DNA of 64,000 bases from a virus. Its lineage: Duplodnaviria; Heunggongvirae; Uroviricota; Caudoviricetes. Location: the IMG/VR virus record IMGVR_UViG_3300034104_004745, positions 64,001 to 128,000 of that record; one strand, 5' to 3'. Below the pieces are notes generated by a model. It saw nothing but the letters and a program-made list of their open reading frames with translations, did not search any database and had not been told where the DNA came from. Position numbers and translations under genes: made by a program. Below, piece after piece: positions 28,299 through 36,979 of this stretch (position 1 is the first letter of the stretch; every line of letters starts with the position of its first letter).

Positions 28299-28739
28299 TT
28301 AATAATAAGAAGCTGATGATGTTTGAACCGCAGATACTACGGACATTATGGTTCCATAACCATTTCCTGCTGTGTTATATGCATTTAATGTAAATCCACA
28401 ATAGTATAAACTACTAGCATACAATACAATTACAATTCTATTATCCGCCGCAACATAATGACTATGTGCCGTTGCCCCACCATATGCTGATGTTTGAACA
28501 TTACCAAAGAAGTAACTGTAACAATAGAAATTCCAAGCGCATCTAATGGGTAATGCAGTTCCATAGTTATATCCAACCGCTTCAATCATAATCATTGCAT
28601 ATGATTGATGTGTGACATTTGTTTTTATATGATAGTAAGAACCCCCACCTGACGATAAATTCGCAGCACTAAAAAAGCCTAACTGTTCTAAATAACCACC
28701 GTCTGGATATATTCCCGTACCTCCTAGTAAATTTGCCAT
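28299..28739 (-). CDS. Fibre-associated paralog 2 (putative adhesin or tip domain)
   Basis: YHIKTN...MIEAVGYNYG..IRCAW.FY. Confidence 0.65.
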   Translation of the reverse strand: MANLLGGTGIYPDGGYLEQLGFFSAANLSSGGGSYYHIKTNVTHQSYAMIMIEAVGYNYGTALPIRCAWNFYCYSYFFGNVQTSAYGGATAHSHYVAADNRIVIVLYASSLYYCGFTLNAYNTAGNGYGTIMSVVSAVQTSSASYY

Positions 28740-29167
28740 TAATAATAATTTCCTGCGTTATCTGTTTGGACACTAGCTATTATGCCAACATTAAAATTAT
28801 ACCCAGTGGGATTTAAACAATAAGCATTAAGTACCCAGCCACTATAATATGACGCACCACTTGCCCTAATTACCGCATAACCATCTGAAGATTTATAAAC
28901 ACCGTGAGCGGATAAACCACTATACGTGTTTTGTAAACCAACATTTATAACATCATTTGCGGGCGCGTAGGTATAAAAACACCAAGCACATCTAATTGCG
29001 GTATTATTACCATATGAATAACCCACAGCCTCAATCATACACATAGTATAATTCAACGGTATGTTTGTCTTATAGTGATAATAACTGTTACCACCATAAT
29101 ACCTATCCTTAAAAAACCCAAGTTGTACACCTGGTGCTGGTCTTGTATTTGCTAAAAAATTAGCCAT
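28739..29167 (-). CDS. Fibre-associated paralog 1 (putative adhesin or tip domain)
   Basis: YHYKTN...MIEAVGYSYG..IRCAWCFY; start overlaps the stop of the 1766-aa fibre. Confidence 0.65.
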   Translation of the reverse strand: MANFLANTRPAPGVQLGFFKDRYYGGNSYYHYKTNIPLNYTMCMIEAVGYSYGNNTAIRCAWCFYTYAPANDVINVGLQNTYSGLSAHGVYKSSDGYAVIRASGASYYSGWVLNAYCLNPTGYNFNVGIIASVQTDNAGNYY

Positions 29168-32100
29168 TGTTCTTTAATTCGTTTATTTCTTTTTTCAAAT
29201 CTTTTATTGCTTCAATTAATAGTGCGGTAATTCTTCCATAAGATACAGAATCCGGACGACCTTCTGTATCATAATTTACTAATTCAGGTAAAATTTCTGC
29301 AATTTCTTCAGCAATCACCCCCACTTCTTTTATGTCGTTTTCTTTTTTAAGATACGTAACACCTCTCATTTGTAAAACTTTATCTAAACCATATGAAATA
29401 GTTTCAATATCTTTTTTATATCGAATGGATGAATTTTCGGTTAATGTACCACCTATTGTTGCATTACCTGTGGTGGTAAGTGTTATGGTGTTTATATCAC
29501 CACCAAACTCTGCATTATTATTTGCTAAATTAACTCTAAATGGCCATCTACTATTTGCGGCTATTGACCATCCAGCATCGGTAGCACCTCCAGGACCAGT
29601 TAAAACATAAAACCAATCACTATTTACGTGGATATAACCAGTTCTGTTATCAGTATCTTTAAAAGTTATGGTTGGTGCGGTACCTTCCAGTCTAAGACCA
29701 TCATCGTTAGCATTTGTTATGGTTAAATCATCTTCAAAACCACCAGTACCTTTAACGTGTAATTTATAGGATGGATCACCTGCACTAAAGTTACCTATAC
29801 CAACATTATTAGCGGGACCAACAACAAGACCATCTGTAGGTCTTGCAATATCTGCCGGCTCACCATTATATCCATTGGCTAAGAATATCATACCGTTATT
29901 ATTTACGGTCCATATTCTTAATTCCGCATCGGCATCATCGTGTTGTCTAATACCACATCTCCAAGTTGTACTTGATCCAAATAAAATTGAACCCTCATAT
30001 GAACCACCATTTAGATATAATCTACCTGTTAAGTCTGCACCAGCAAACGTTGGTGTGTTAGATGTGTTTAAATTCTGATTTGCTGAATAACCAGCACCAG
30101 CCATTGCATATGATGTGTAGTTGCCGGCATGCAATGCAACATTACCCGCAATTCTTACAGTGTTACCTACTGGATTCAACTCTAATGGCTGACTACTGTG
30201 TGACTGTACGTAAGAATATGTGCCGTTATTACCTATGGAAATTGTGAAGTTACCAACAGAACCCGGATTGGTTGTACCAATTAAAAATTTACTGTCTGCT
30301 GATGATGTGCTATATGCGTATGAGGTAAAATTTGAACTATTAAGAACTAAATTACCAGTTGTTGTTCCATTGCCATTAGTATAAATGTTACCAACTGTAT
30401 ATAGATCACCATTACTATCAAATGTTCCACTTACTGTTCTATTTTGTCTATAAAAATATAATCTGGCGCTTTCACCTGACGCAGTTGAAGATTTGATTTG
30501 CATTCCAATACCACCATATTCGTAGAATGTACCTGAACTATTGTTAGCACAGAAATATAAGTTAGCCCCATTACCTACGGTATTATCGTTCATGTATAAT
30601 TGAAGAATACCATAAGAACCACCAGCACCACTATAACCGGCTTTTGTCATTCTAAATGGAACTGGTGTATTTGCACCATTATGAACAAATAATTCGGTGG
30701 TGCCTGCTGGGTTTCCTAAATTATGTGAGAATGAACCACCACTGCCAGAATATGTGCTATTATTTGTAATTCCAGCAAATGTAACAGCACTTGATGTATT
30801 TAAATTTTGATTTGCAGAATAACCAGCACCAGCCATTGCATATGATGTGTAATTTGCCGCATCTAAAATTACATTTCCAGCATATGTTGGTCTAGCTCTT
30901 GGAAAATCAACTACACCACCATTTGTTGCTGTCATAAATAATTGTGGCCCACTAGCATATGAGTTTGTTGTGGCAAACCCCATAGATGTGCCATAACTAC
31001 TATTATTTAAAACATAGATACCAGCTTGCGCTTCTGATGAAGACCCCCCTTGAAAGGTTATTGCTGCCTGATTACTATTGTCATTACCTACGCCTGAACC
31101 ATTTTGTATGTGAATGTTACCTATAGTTGTTTTTGCAACACTAAATCCTAAATTTGATCTACCTGTTGCTGTGTTATATGTTGAATATATGATATTACTT
31201 CCACTATATGTTGAAGTGTTTGTTATACCATTAAATGTAACCGTTGAACCAGATTTTACCGCTTGATCCAAGTATGTACTAAAACCTGTTGTTGATGCTA
31301 TCGATACTTGAGCAGAACCAGAAACCAATCCAGATGGAATACTAGAAATACTACCAAAAGATATTTGACTTGATCCGGAAACCAAACCAGATGGAATACT
31401 AGAAATATTACCAAAGGTTATTTGAGAAGATCCCGATACTATCCCTGATGGTATACTAGATATACCACTGTATGTGATTTGTGATGACCCAGACACAATT
31501 CCCGATGGTATACTAGATATACCACTGTATGTGATTTGTGACGAACCCGACACTAACGCAGGTTTATCTACTATACCGTTGAAAGACACTTGTGATGATC
31601 CAGACACCAACGTTGGTTTATCTGTTATACCATTGAAAGATATTTGACCTGAACCAGACACAACACTAATACCATTAAAGAACGCACCAGAGTGAATTGT
31701 TGTTCCAGCTAACACTTGTGAACTACCTGACACAACACCACTTGGTAATTGTGCTGAACCTGACCATATACCAGTACCAGATAAAACTTGTGATGATCCT
31801 GAAACGGTACCACTTGGTAATGCCGCAACAACTTGTGCACTACCACTAATAACACCATCTGTATTCATCTTTGATTTAACACCAGAGGTGAATGTTGCTG
31901 ATGCCGTGTCTAATGTTAATGTTCTTGTTGCTGATATATCACCACCACCACTTAAACCATTACCGGCAGATATTGAAACTGAAGTATGATCGATATGTCT
32001 ATTTGCAACATATCCTGTTGTTGAATCATGTGATATTTGTGAAGATCCAGAAACTATCGTTGTTCCGGTTGCACTAATTGTACCATTAATAATAGTATTA

Positions 32101-34460
32101 GATAAAATAGTTACCGTTGTTCCATCGTCACTAATATTACTATTAGTTAAATGTTCAATACCTGTACTTTTTACTAATCTATTTGCTGTTATGTATGTTT
32201 CATTACCTATATTATTATAAGTTTCTGGCCCCATCAATAAAACAGACGATGTAACGGTTCCTTGATTTTGATGAACAAACAACCATTGGTTATTAACCGA
32301 ATCGAATAACATTGAACCGGAAACAGTAGGTGAAGAACCGCTATCAATAACCGCAAGACCACCAAATCTAACTGATGGGTTAATGGCATTAACTGTAATA
32401 ATATTATCAGCAATATTAACTACCGATGAGCTAATATGTTGAATGGATGAAGAGCCAGCAATAATTAAATCTTGCGAAACATAAAGAGATCCAGTAATCG
32501 TCTGATTACCAATAAAAATATTACTACCAGTTGTTGCATAACTACCAGTTTTACCTTCAATTGAATCTAATCTACCGCTTTGTGCCGTGTTTGTAGTTAA
32601 TATACTACCACTTGTTGTTTCTAATGAATCAAGTCTACTATTTTGTGTTGTATTAACACCTATAATACTACCAGTAGTTGTTTCAATAGATGATAATCTA
32701 CTGTTAGCAGAAGATGTAAATGTATTAATTGATCCAGTAGATGTCTCAATAATTCCTAATCTTGTATTATTAGAAGCTGTATATGAATTTAAACTACTAG
32801 TTGCAGTATGAATAGCATTTATATTAGTTGTGTTAGAACTTGTATATGAATTCAAACTACTTGTTGCAGTATGAATTGAATTTATATTAGTTGTGTTAGA
32901 ACTTGTATATGAATTTAAACTACCTGTTGTTCCTTCTATATTACTTAACCTTGTATTGTTACTTGATGTATATGAATTTAAACTACCTGTTGTACTCTCT
33001 AAAGAATTAAGTCTACTATTAGCAGAAGATGTAAATGAATTTAAACTTCCACTACTACTTTCTAAGTTATTAATTCTATTATTAATTGATGAACTAAAAT
33101 CAGTAAGGTTAATTCCTTCAATTGTGCCCGTTATGTCAATCGATCCAGAAACAACAATATCATTTGCAAAAACTACAGGTGTACCGCCAACTGATGATTG
33201 GATTTTATTTCCACTCAAAACTTCAACAGTCCCTTTTAATAATATCTTACCATTTGTTGGATCTAATAAAATATCACCATCCCCGTTTGATTTTAATTCA
33301 ACATCACCATCGGCAGTTTGTAAAATAATTGAATCAGTTCCACTTTCTAATATCTTAATTGACTGACCATTATCTGTTGTAATTGTTAATTCTTGAGTTG
33401 TTGATGAAAGTACTTTTGTTCCATCGATATAAAGTGAACCAGAAGAAATATAAACATCTCTCCATTGATAATCTGGGCTACCTAAGTCGTATGTATTATC
33501 AACTGATGGTAATATAGATCCGCTAAGTGTTTGTGTACCTTTAAATAAATTTGAACCTGTTGTTGCAAATCCATATGCAGTAACTTGTGCTGAACTTGAA
33601 ACAATATTTGAACCATTTAATATTTGAACTGACCCAGAAATAACACCATCAAGATTTAATTTATCTTTAATTATTGTGTTAATAGAGGCACTAAAATTAT
33701 TTAAACTACTTGTTGTGTTTTCAATTGCTACTAATCTATTAGTTTGATTTAAATCAGTTGTTGCGACTGAAGAACTTAAGCTACCGATACTTGAACTTAA
33801 TCCACTTGTTGTTGTTGCAACAGATGATGAAATATCCGCAATTGATGTTGATATTGAAGAGCTAAAAGTTGAATACCCTGTTGTACCAGTTAATACAACT
33901 TGAATACTACCTGAAATAACATTATCAGCATCTAATTTAGATTTGATTGTTGTATTAATAGATGAAGTAAAACTATTTAAACTTCCTGATGATGTTTCAA
34001 GTGATGAAATTTTACCATTATTACTTGATGTATATGATTGGAATGTAGTTTCGTCTAATTTTCCTGTACCAATCGCTTGCCCATTTAATGAAATTGATCC
34101 GGTGATCTGAACAGATCCCGTAAATTGATGTACATCATTATTATCATTACCAAATGCAGATGATCCACTAGCAAAACTTGTGGTCATATATGTTACTGAT
34201 GAACTTACAATATATTCAGTAGCAATAAGTGCTCCGGTAACAGATAAATTACCTTGAATTTGTGTATTTTTGTTTACAGTAAACCCTGTTGATGAAATGG
34301 ATGCTGTAGCATTTCCATTGGAGATTTGTGATAGGTTTAAACCTGTCACACCTGAGGCTTGGATTCCGGTTAATCCTGAACCATCACCAATAAATGAGCC
34401 GGTAAATGCTGAGGCCGTGACTGACCCCGAAATATTGTGTAACGAACCGTATAATTCCAT
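29160..34460 (-). CDS. Long tail fibre with C-terminal peptidase S74-type intramolecular chaperone
   Basis: S/T/G-rich repeats; C-terminal SSIRYKKDIE...GVIAEE...LV...SVSY...LIEAIKDL (about 29160-29432). Confidence 0.9.
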   Translation of the reverse strand: MELYGSLHNISGSVTASAFTGSFIGDGSGLTGIQASGVTGLNLSQISNGNATASISSTGFTVNKNTQIQGNLSVTGALIATEYIVSSSVTYMTTSFASGSSAFGNDNNDVHQFTGSVQITGSISLNGQAIGTGKLDETTFQSYTSSNNGKISSLETSSGSLNSFTSSINTTIKSKLDADNVISGSIQVVLTGTTGYSTFSSSISTSIADISSSVATTTSGLSSSIGSLSSSVATTDLNQTNRLVAIENTTSSLNNFSASINTIIKDKLNLDGVISGSVQILNGSNIVSSSAQVTAYGFATTGSNLFKGTQTLSGSILPSVDNTYDLGSPDYQWRDVYISSGSLYIDGTKVLSSTTQELTITTDNGQSIKILESGTDSIILQTADGDVELKSNGDGDILLDPTNGKILLKGTVEVLSGNKIQSSVGGTPVVFANDIVVSGSIDITGTIEGINLTDFSSSINNRINNLESSSGSLNSFTSSANSRLNSLESTTGSLNSYTSSNNTRLSNIEGTTGSLNSYTSSNTTNINSIHTATSSLNSYTSSNTTNINAIHTATSSLNSYTASNNTRLGIIETSTGSINTFTSSANSRLSSIETTTGSIIGVNTTQNSRLDSLETTSGSILTTNTAQSGRLDSIEGKTGSYATTGSNIFIGNQTITGSLYVSQDLIIAGSSSIQHISSSVVNIADNIITVNAINPSVRFGGLAVIDSGSSPTVSGSMLFDSVNNQWLFVHQNQGTVTSSVLLMGPETYNNIGNETYITANRLVKSTGIEHLTNSNISDDGTTVTILSNTIINGTISATGTTIVSGSSQISHDSTTGYVANRHIDHTSVSISAGNGLSGGGDISATRTLTLDTASATFTSGVKSKMNTDGVISGSAQVVAALPSGTVSGSSQVLSGTGIWSGSAQLPSGVVSGSSQVLAGTTIHSGAFFNGISVVSGSGQISFNGITDKPTLVSGSSQVSFNGIVDKPALVSGSSQITYSGISSIPSGIVSGSSQITYSGISSIPSGIVSGSSQITFGNISSIPSGLVSGSSQISFGSISSIPSGLVSGSAQVSIASTTGFSTYLDQAVKSGSTVTFNGITNTSTYSGSNIIYSTYNTATGRSNLGFSVAKTTIGNIHIQNGSGVGNDNSNQAAITFQGGSSSEAQAGIYVLNNSSYGTSMGFATTNSYASGPQLFMTATNGGVVDFPRARPTYAGNVILDAANYTSYAMAGAGYSANQNLNTSSAVTFAGITNNSTYSGSGGSFSHNLGNPAGTTELFVHNGANTPVPFRMTKAGYSGAGGSYGILQLYMNDNTVGNGANLYFCANNSSGTFYEYGGIGMQIKSSTASGESARLYFYRQNRTVSGTFDSNGDLYTVGNIYTNGNGTTTGNLVLNSSNFTSYAYSTSSADSKFLIGTTNPGSVGNFTISIGNNGTYSYVQSHSSQPLELNPVGNTVRIAGNVALHAGNYTSYAMAGAGYSANQNLNTSNTPTFAGADLTGRLYLNGGSYEGSILFGSSTTWRCGIRQHDDADAELRIWTVNNNGMIFLANGYNGEPADIARPTDGLVVGPANNVGIGNFSAGDPSYKLHVKGTGGFEDDLTITNANDDGLRLEGTAPTITFKDTDNRTGYIHVNSDWFYVLTGPGGATDAGWSIAANSRWPFRVNLANNNAEFGGDINTITLTTTGNATIGGTLTENSSIRYKKDIETISYGLDKVLQMRGVTYLKKENDIKEVGVIAEEIAEILPELVNYDTEGRPDSVSYGRITALLIEAIKDLKKEINELKNNG
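30085..30851. repeat. 35-bp perfect direct repeat (30085-30119 and 30817-30851) inside the fibre gene
   Basis: gaataaccagcaccagccattgcatatgatgtgta occurs twice, 732 nt apart (YTSYAMAGAGYS). Confidence 0.9.
31260..31860. repeat. In-frame 57-nt (19-aa) tandem repeats VSGSSQI(T/S)(Y/F)xxIxxxPxGx
   Basis: Repeated SGSSQITYSGISSIPSGIV units; a similar array occurs at about 39230-39720. Confidence 0.85.
32580..33070. repeat. In-frame 63-nt (21-aa) coiled-coil-like repeats (SLNSYTSSN..R/N...)
   Basis: Repeated ttgtatatgaatttaaacta units; counterpart at about 40430-40860. Confidence 0.8.
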
Positions 34461-34462
34461 TA

Positions 34463-34484
34463 ATTTATAGTTTAACTATAAATA
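34463..34484 (-). promoter_or_regulatory. TATTTATA motif overlapping a 9-bp hairpin just 5' of the fibre start codon
   Basis: atttatagt-tta-actataaat at 34463-34483; motif at 34477-34484; ATG at 34460. Confidence 0.5.
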
Positions 34485-34513
34485 TTAACAGAACTGATTA
34501 GGGTTGGGATTAT

Positions 34514-35287
34514 TTAACAATTTGAACACCCAGGGTCATATTCATATAATTGACATCCATAACCACAATCATAATATTTGTGATATCTTGGTCTAAAATA
34601 GTTGGTTAACTGTAATATTTCCATTCTAGACAATACTCTATTATAAACTAATACAGCACCAATCTGCCCATTTGCAAATTCTGAGCCTCCAACATATGAA
34701 CCTAATCTAAAACCATTAGGTCCTTGTGAACCAGCGTTATTTGATACTGTTGAATTACCATTAACATAAATTTCATAAGTGTCACTAGAAATATTACCAG
34801 TTCCAGCTAAAAATTTCCAGTTAGTGTCCGATGTACCTGCACCCACACCTGAAACCCATCCTTCAGCATAATAATTACCGGTATAACCACCCCAGTGACC
34901 TAAAAGCCAGTTGTTACTTCTCGCTGAAATTAATCTACCAGCCTCATAACCAGCTGGATATATTGATGAATCTATTGTAACATACCTAGCAACACCAAAA
35001 ACAGTATAATTTGTTGATGTCATATTTGGTGTAGATACATCAACATAATCATTTGTACCATCTAATGTTATGACACCACCAAATTGTGTTGAATATCCCG
35101 CACCATTTATTAATGTTCCGTGATTACCATTTCCGGTTAAATCAAACCAAGTAGACCCCGAACCAGGATATGAATTTGACACTCCGGCGTCTAAATACAT
35201 AACCAAACCATCACGGATTACCGTTGTTTCGTTGTAATATTTTACTTGACTATCTGTTAATATGTTTCCGTTTATATCAAATGGCAT
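34514..35287 (-). CDS. LamG/concanavalin-like virion protein with Cys-rich tail
   Basis: LDAG...SYPGSG.TW.DL, LDGTNDYV, W.FL, YVNG, NGQIG.V.VYNRVLS; tail CGYGC...CSNC. Confidence 0.8.
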   Translation of the reverse strand: MPFDINGNILTDSQVKYYNETTVIRDGLVMYLDAGVSNSYPGSGSTWFDLTGNGNHGTLINGAGYSTQFGGVITLDGTNDYVDVSTPNMTSTNYTVFGVARYVTIDSSIYPAGYEAGRLISARSNNWLLGHWGGYTGNYYAEGWVSGVGAGTSDTNWKFLAGTGNISSDTYEIYVNGNSTVSNNAGSQGPNGFRLGSYVGGSEFANGQIGAVLVYNRVLSRMEILQLTNYFRPRYHKYYDCGYGCQLYEYDPGCSNC

Positions 35288-35994
35288 TATCTTCCGAATC
35301 TTTTTCTTGTTGAATTATAATTTTGTATTATTTGTGCTTGTGTATGGTTCGTGTTATAGTGCGAAACATGTGCAATTGCACCATTAAAATATGCCCATCC
35401 CCAGTTAACACCAATACTACCGATATTTGAACTATAATGGCCCCCAGGAATTGCCACTGTATAATTTAAAACACCATCAGCATAAAATTGTAATGAACCA
35501 TTAGACGCTGCCGGTGAAACAAATGACAAATAAACCCAGTTACCTGTGTTAACACTAGCGCCATTACTAACAACGGTTCTCCAATCTCCATTATAATACC
35601 AATATCCCATTTTACCGCCAGTAATATACATCGCGTTATTAACGGGGCCTCCACTCCAGTGTGACATCAATCCATTATCACCACCACTACTAGTTCTACA
35701 CCAAAAATTAACAGTCCAGGGAGGTGATAATGTCCAAGTAGGTATTGACACAAAATCATTTGAACCATCAAAATTAAAAATACCTCCATTTGCACTAGAA
35801 AATGAAGGGCCGTTTTCTAATGTACCATTTCTACTACCACCAATAAAATCAACCCAACTTGTTCCTGTTCCCACATATGAACTTGGTAGTGATGGGTCCC
35901 ATAAGTTTACTAAATTAGTTTTAACATATGATGTTTCATTTAGTAATTTACTAGTTGAAGAGTTAAAAATATTTGTTCCTATATCTAATGGCAT
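35287..35994 (-). CDS. LamG/concanavalin-like virion protein
   Basis: FDGSNDFV, WT..FW, W.YL.F, FYADG, FNGAIA...YN. Confidence 0.8.
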   Translation of the reverse strand: MPLDIGTNIFNSSTSKLLNETSYVKTNLVNLWDPSLPSSYVGTGTSWVDFIGGSRNGTLENGPSFSSANGGIFNFDGSNDFVSIPTWTLSPPWTVNFWCRTSSGGDNGLMSHWSGGPVNNAMYITGGKMGYWYYNGDWRTVVSNGASVNTGNWVYLSFVSPAASNGSLQFYADGVLNYTVAIPGGHYSSNIGSIGVNWGWAYFNGAIAHVSHYNTNHTQAQIIQNYNSTRKRFGR

Positions 35995-36005
35995 AACTTT
36001 ATTTA

Positions 36006-36725
36006 TTAAACACCAAAACGATGTCTCGTTGAATTATAATTTTGTAATATTTGCGCTGAGCTTAATGTTGTGTCATAAACCATAACAGACCCAATTGAAC
36101 CATTAAAATATCCAGCCCAACTTGCTCCCATTATATCAATTGGATTGTTATTACCGGAAGCACTATAACCATTATTATGATCTAAAACACCATTTACATA
36201 CATATCCATATAATAATTTGATTTTTGTGCCCAACATAAAAAATTCCATCTGTTATTATTCACTGTTGTTGAACCCATAATTCTAAACCATCCATTACTA
36301 TATGTCCAATATGTTATTTTACCAGCATTTATTGATAATGCAGAATAAACTGGTCCGCCACTAGAATTACTTAAAATAGATCCAGCACCTAAACCATCCG
36401 CGCCTGTTGATGTTCTTACCCAAGCACATATTGTCCAAGGTAATTGTCCATTCCCCAATGTAAATGTCGAAAAGGTTGCACTGTCATTTGAACCATCAAA
36501 TGTTATAAATCCACCGTTAGTTGAATTGTTGTATGTTGGCCCATTATTTAAAGTTGCAGTCCTTGAATTAGAAGTTAAGCTAAACCAAGAAGTACCAGAT
36601 CCGGGGTATGATGCCATATTATTAGCATCCCAATGATATACTAAATTACTATTAATAATAGTTGATTCATTTAAAAAATCAACACCTAAAGAATCTAATA
36701 CATTGTTGTTTACATTAATTGGCAT
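36006..36725 (-). CDS. LamG/concanavalin-like virion protein
   Basis: WDA...SYPGSG, FDGSND, WT.CAWV, YVNG, FNGSIG...Y...LS. Confidence 0.8.
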   Translation of the reverse strand: MPINVNNNVLDSLGVDFLNESTIINSNLVYHWDANNMASYPGSGTSWFSLTSNSRTATLNNGPTYNNSTNGGFITFDGSNDSATFSTFTLGNGQLPWTICAWVRTSTGADGLGAGSILSNSSGGPVYSALSINAGKITYWTYSNGWFRIMGSTTVNNNRWNFLCWAQKSNYYMDMYVNGVLDHNNGYSASGNNNPIDIMGASWAGYFNGSIGSVMVYDTTLSSAQILQNYNSTRHRFGV

Positions 36726-36976
36726 TATCTCATTGGTTCTTTATTTGGATTATTCCATACTTCAGTATCCAATATGTTTAAAAATTCATAATGTGAATAT
36801 GGTCCTTGTTTTGTTTCTAATTGTTCAACACTATCTGGCATTTCACCATTGTATTTAACGAATGTTAATTGTTCATCAACAGATTTTCTTAAGGTATCTA
36901 CAGATGTTTCTAAAACTTCATTAAAATCTATTTTATTTATTTCGCTTACATTAAAAACTATATAATTTCTTTCCAT
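36725..36976 (-). CDS. Conserved-looking phage hypothetical protein
   Basis: IDFNEVLETS..TLRKSVD...FVKY; translationally coupled between structural genes. Confidence 0.65.
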   Translation of the reverse strand: MERNYIVFNVSEINKIDFNEVLETSVDTLRKSVDEQLTFVKYNGEMPDSVEQLETKQGPYSHYEFLNILDTEVWNNPNKEPMR

Positions 36977-36979
36977 AAT

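Noticed and set aside
31260-33070. Tandem repeats as a CRISPR array
   Set aside because: Periods are multiples of 3, degenerate at wobble positions and in frame within a fibre gene; no unique spacers or cas genes.
27810-36725. Diversity-generating retroelement acting on fibre, adhesin or LamG genes
   Set aside because: No reverse transcriptase in the window, and I found no template/variable repeat pair differing only at adenines; the paralogs differ at all base types. A trans-acting DGR elsewhere cannot be excluded.
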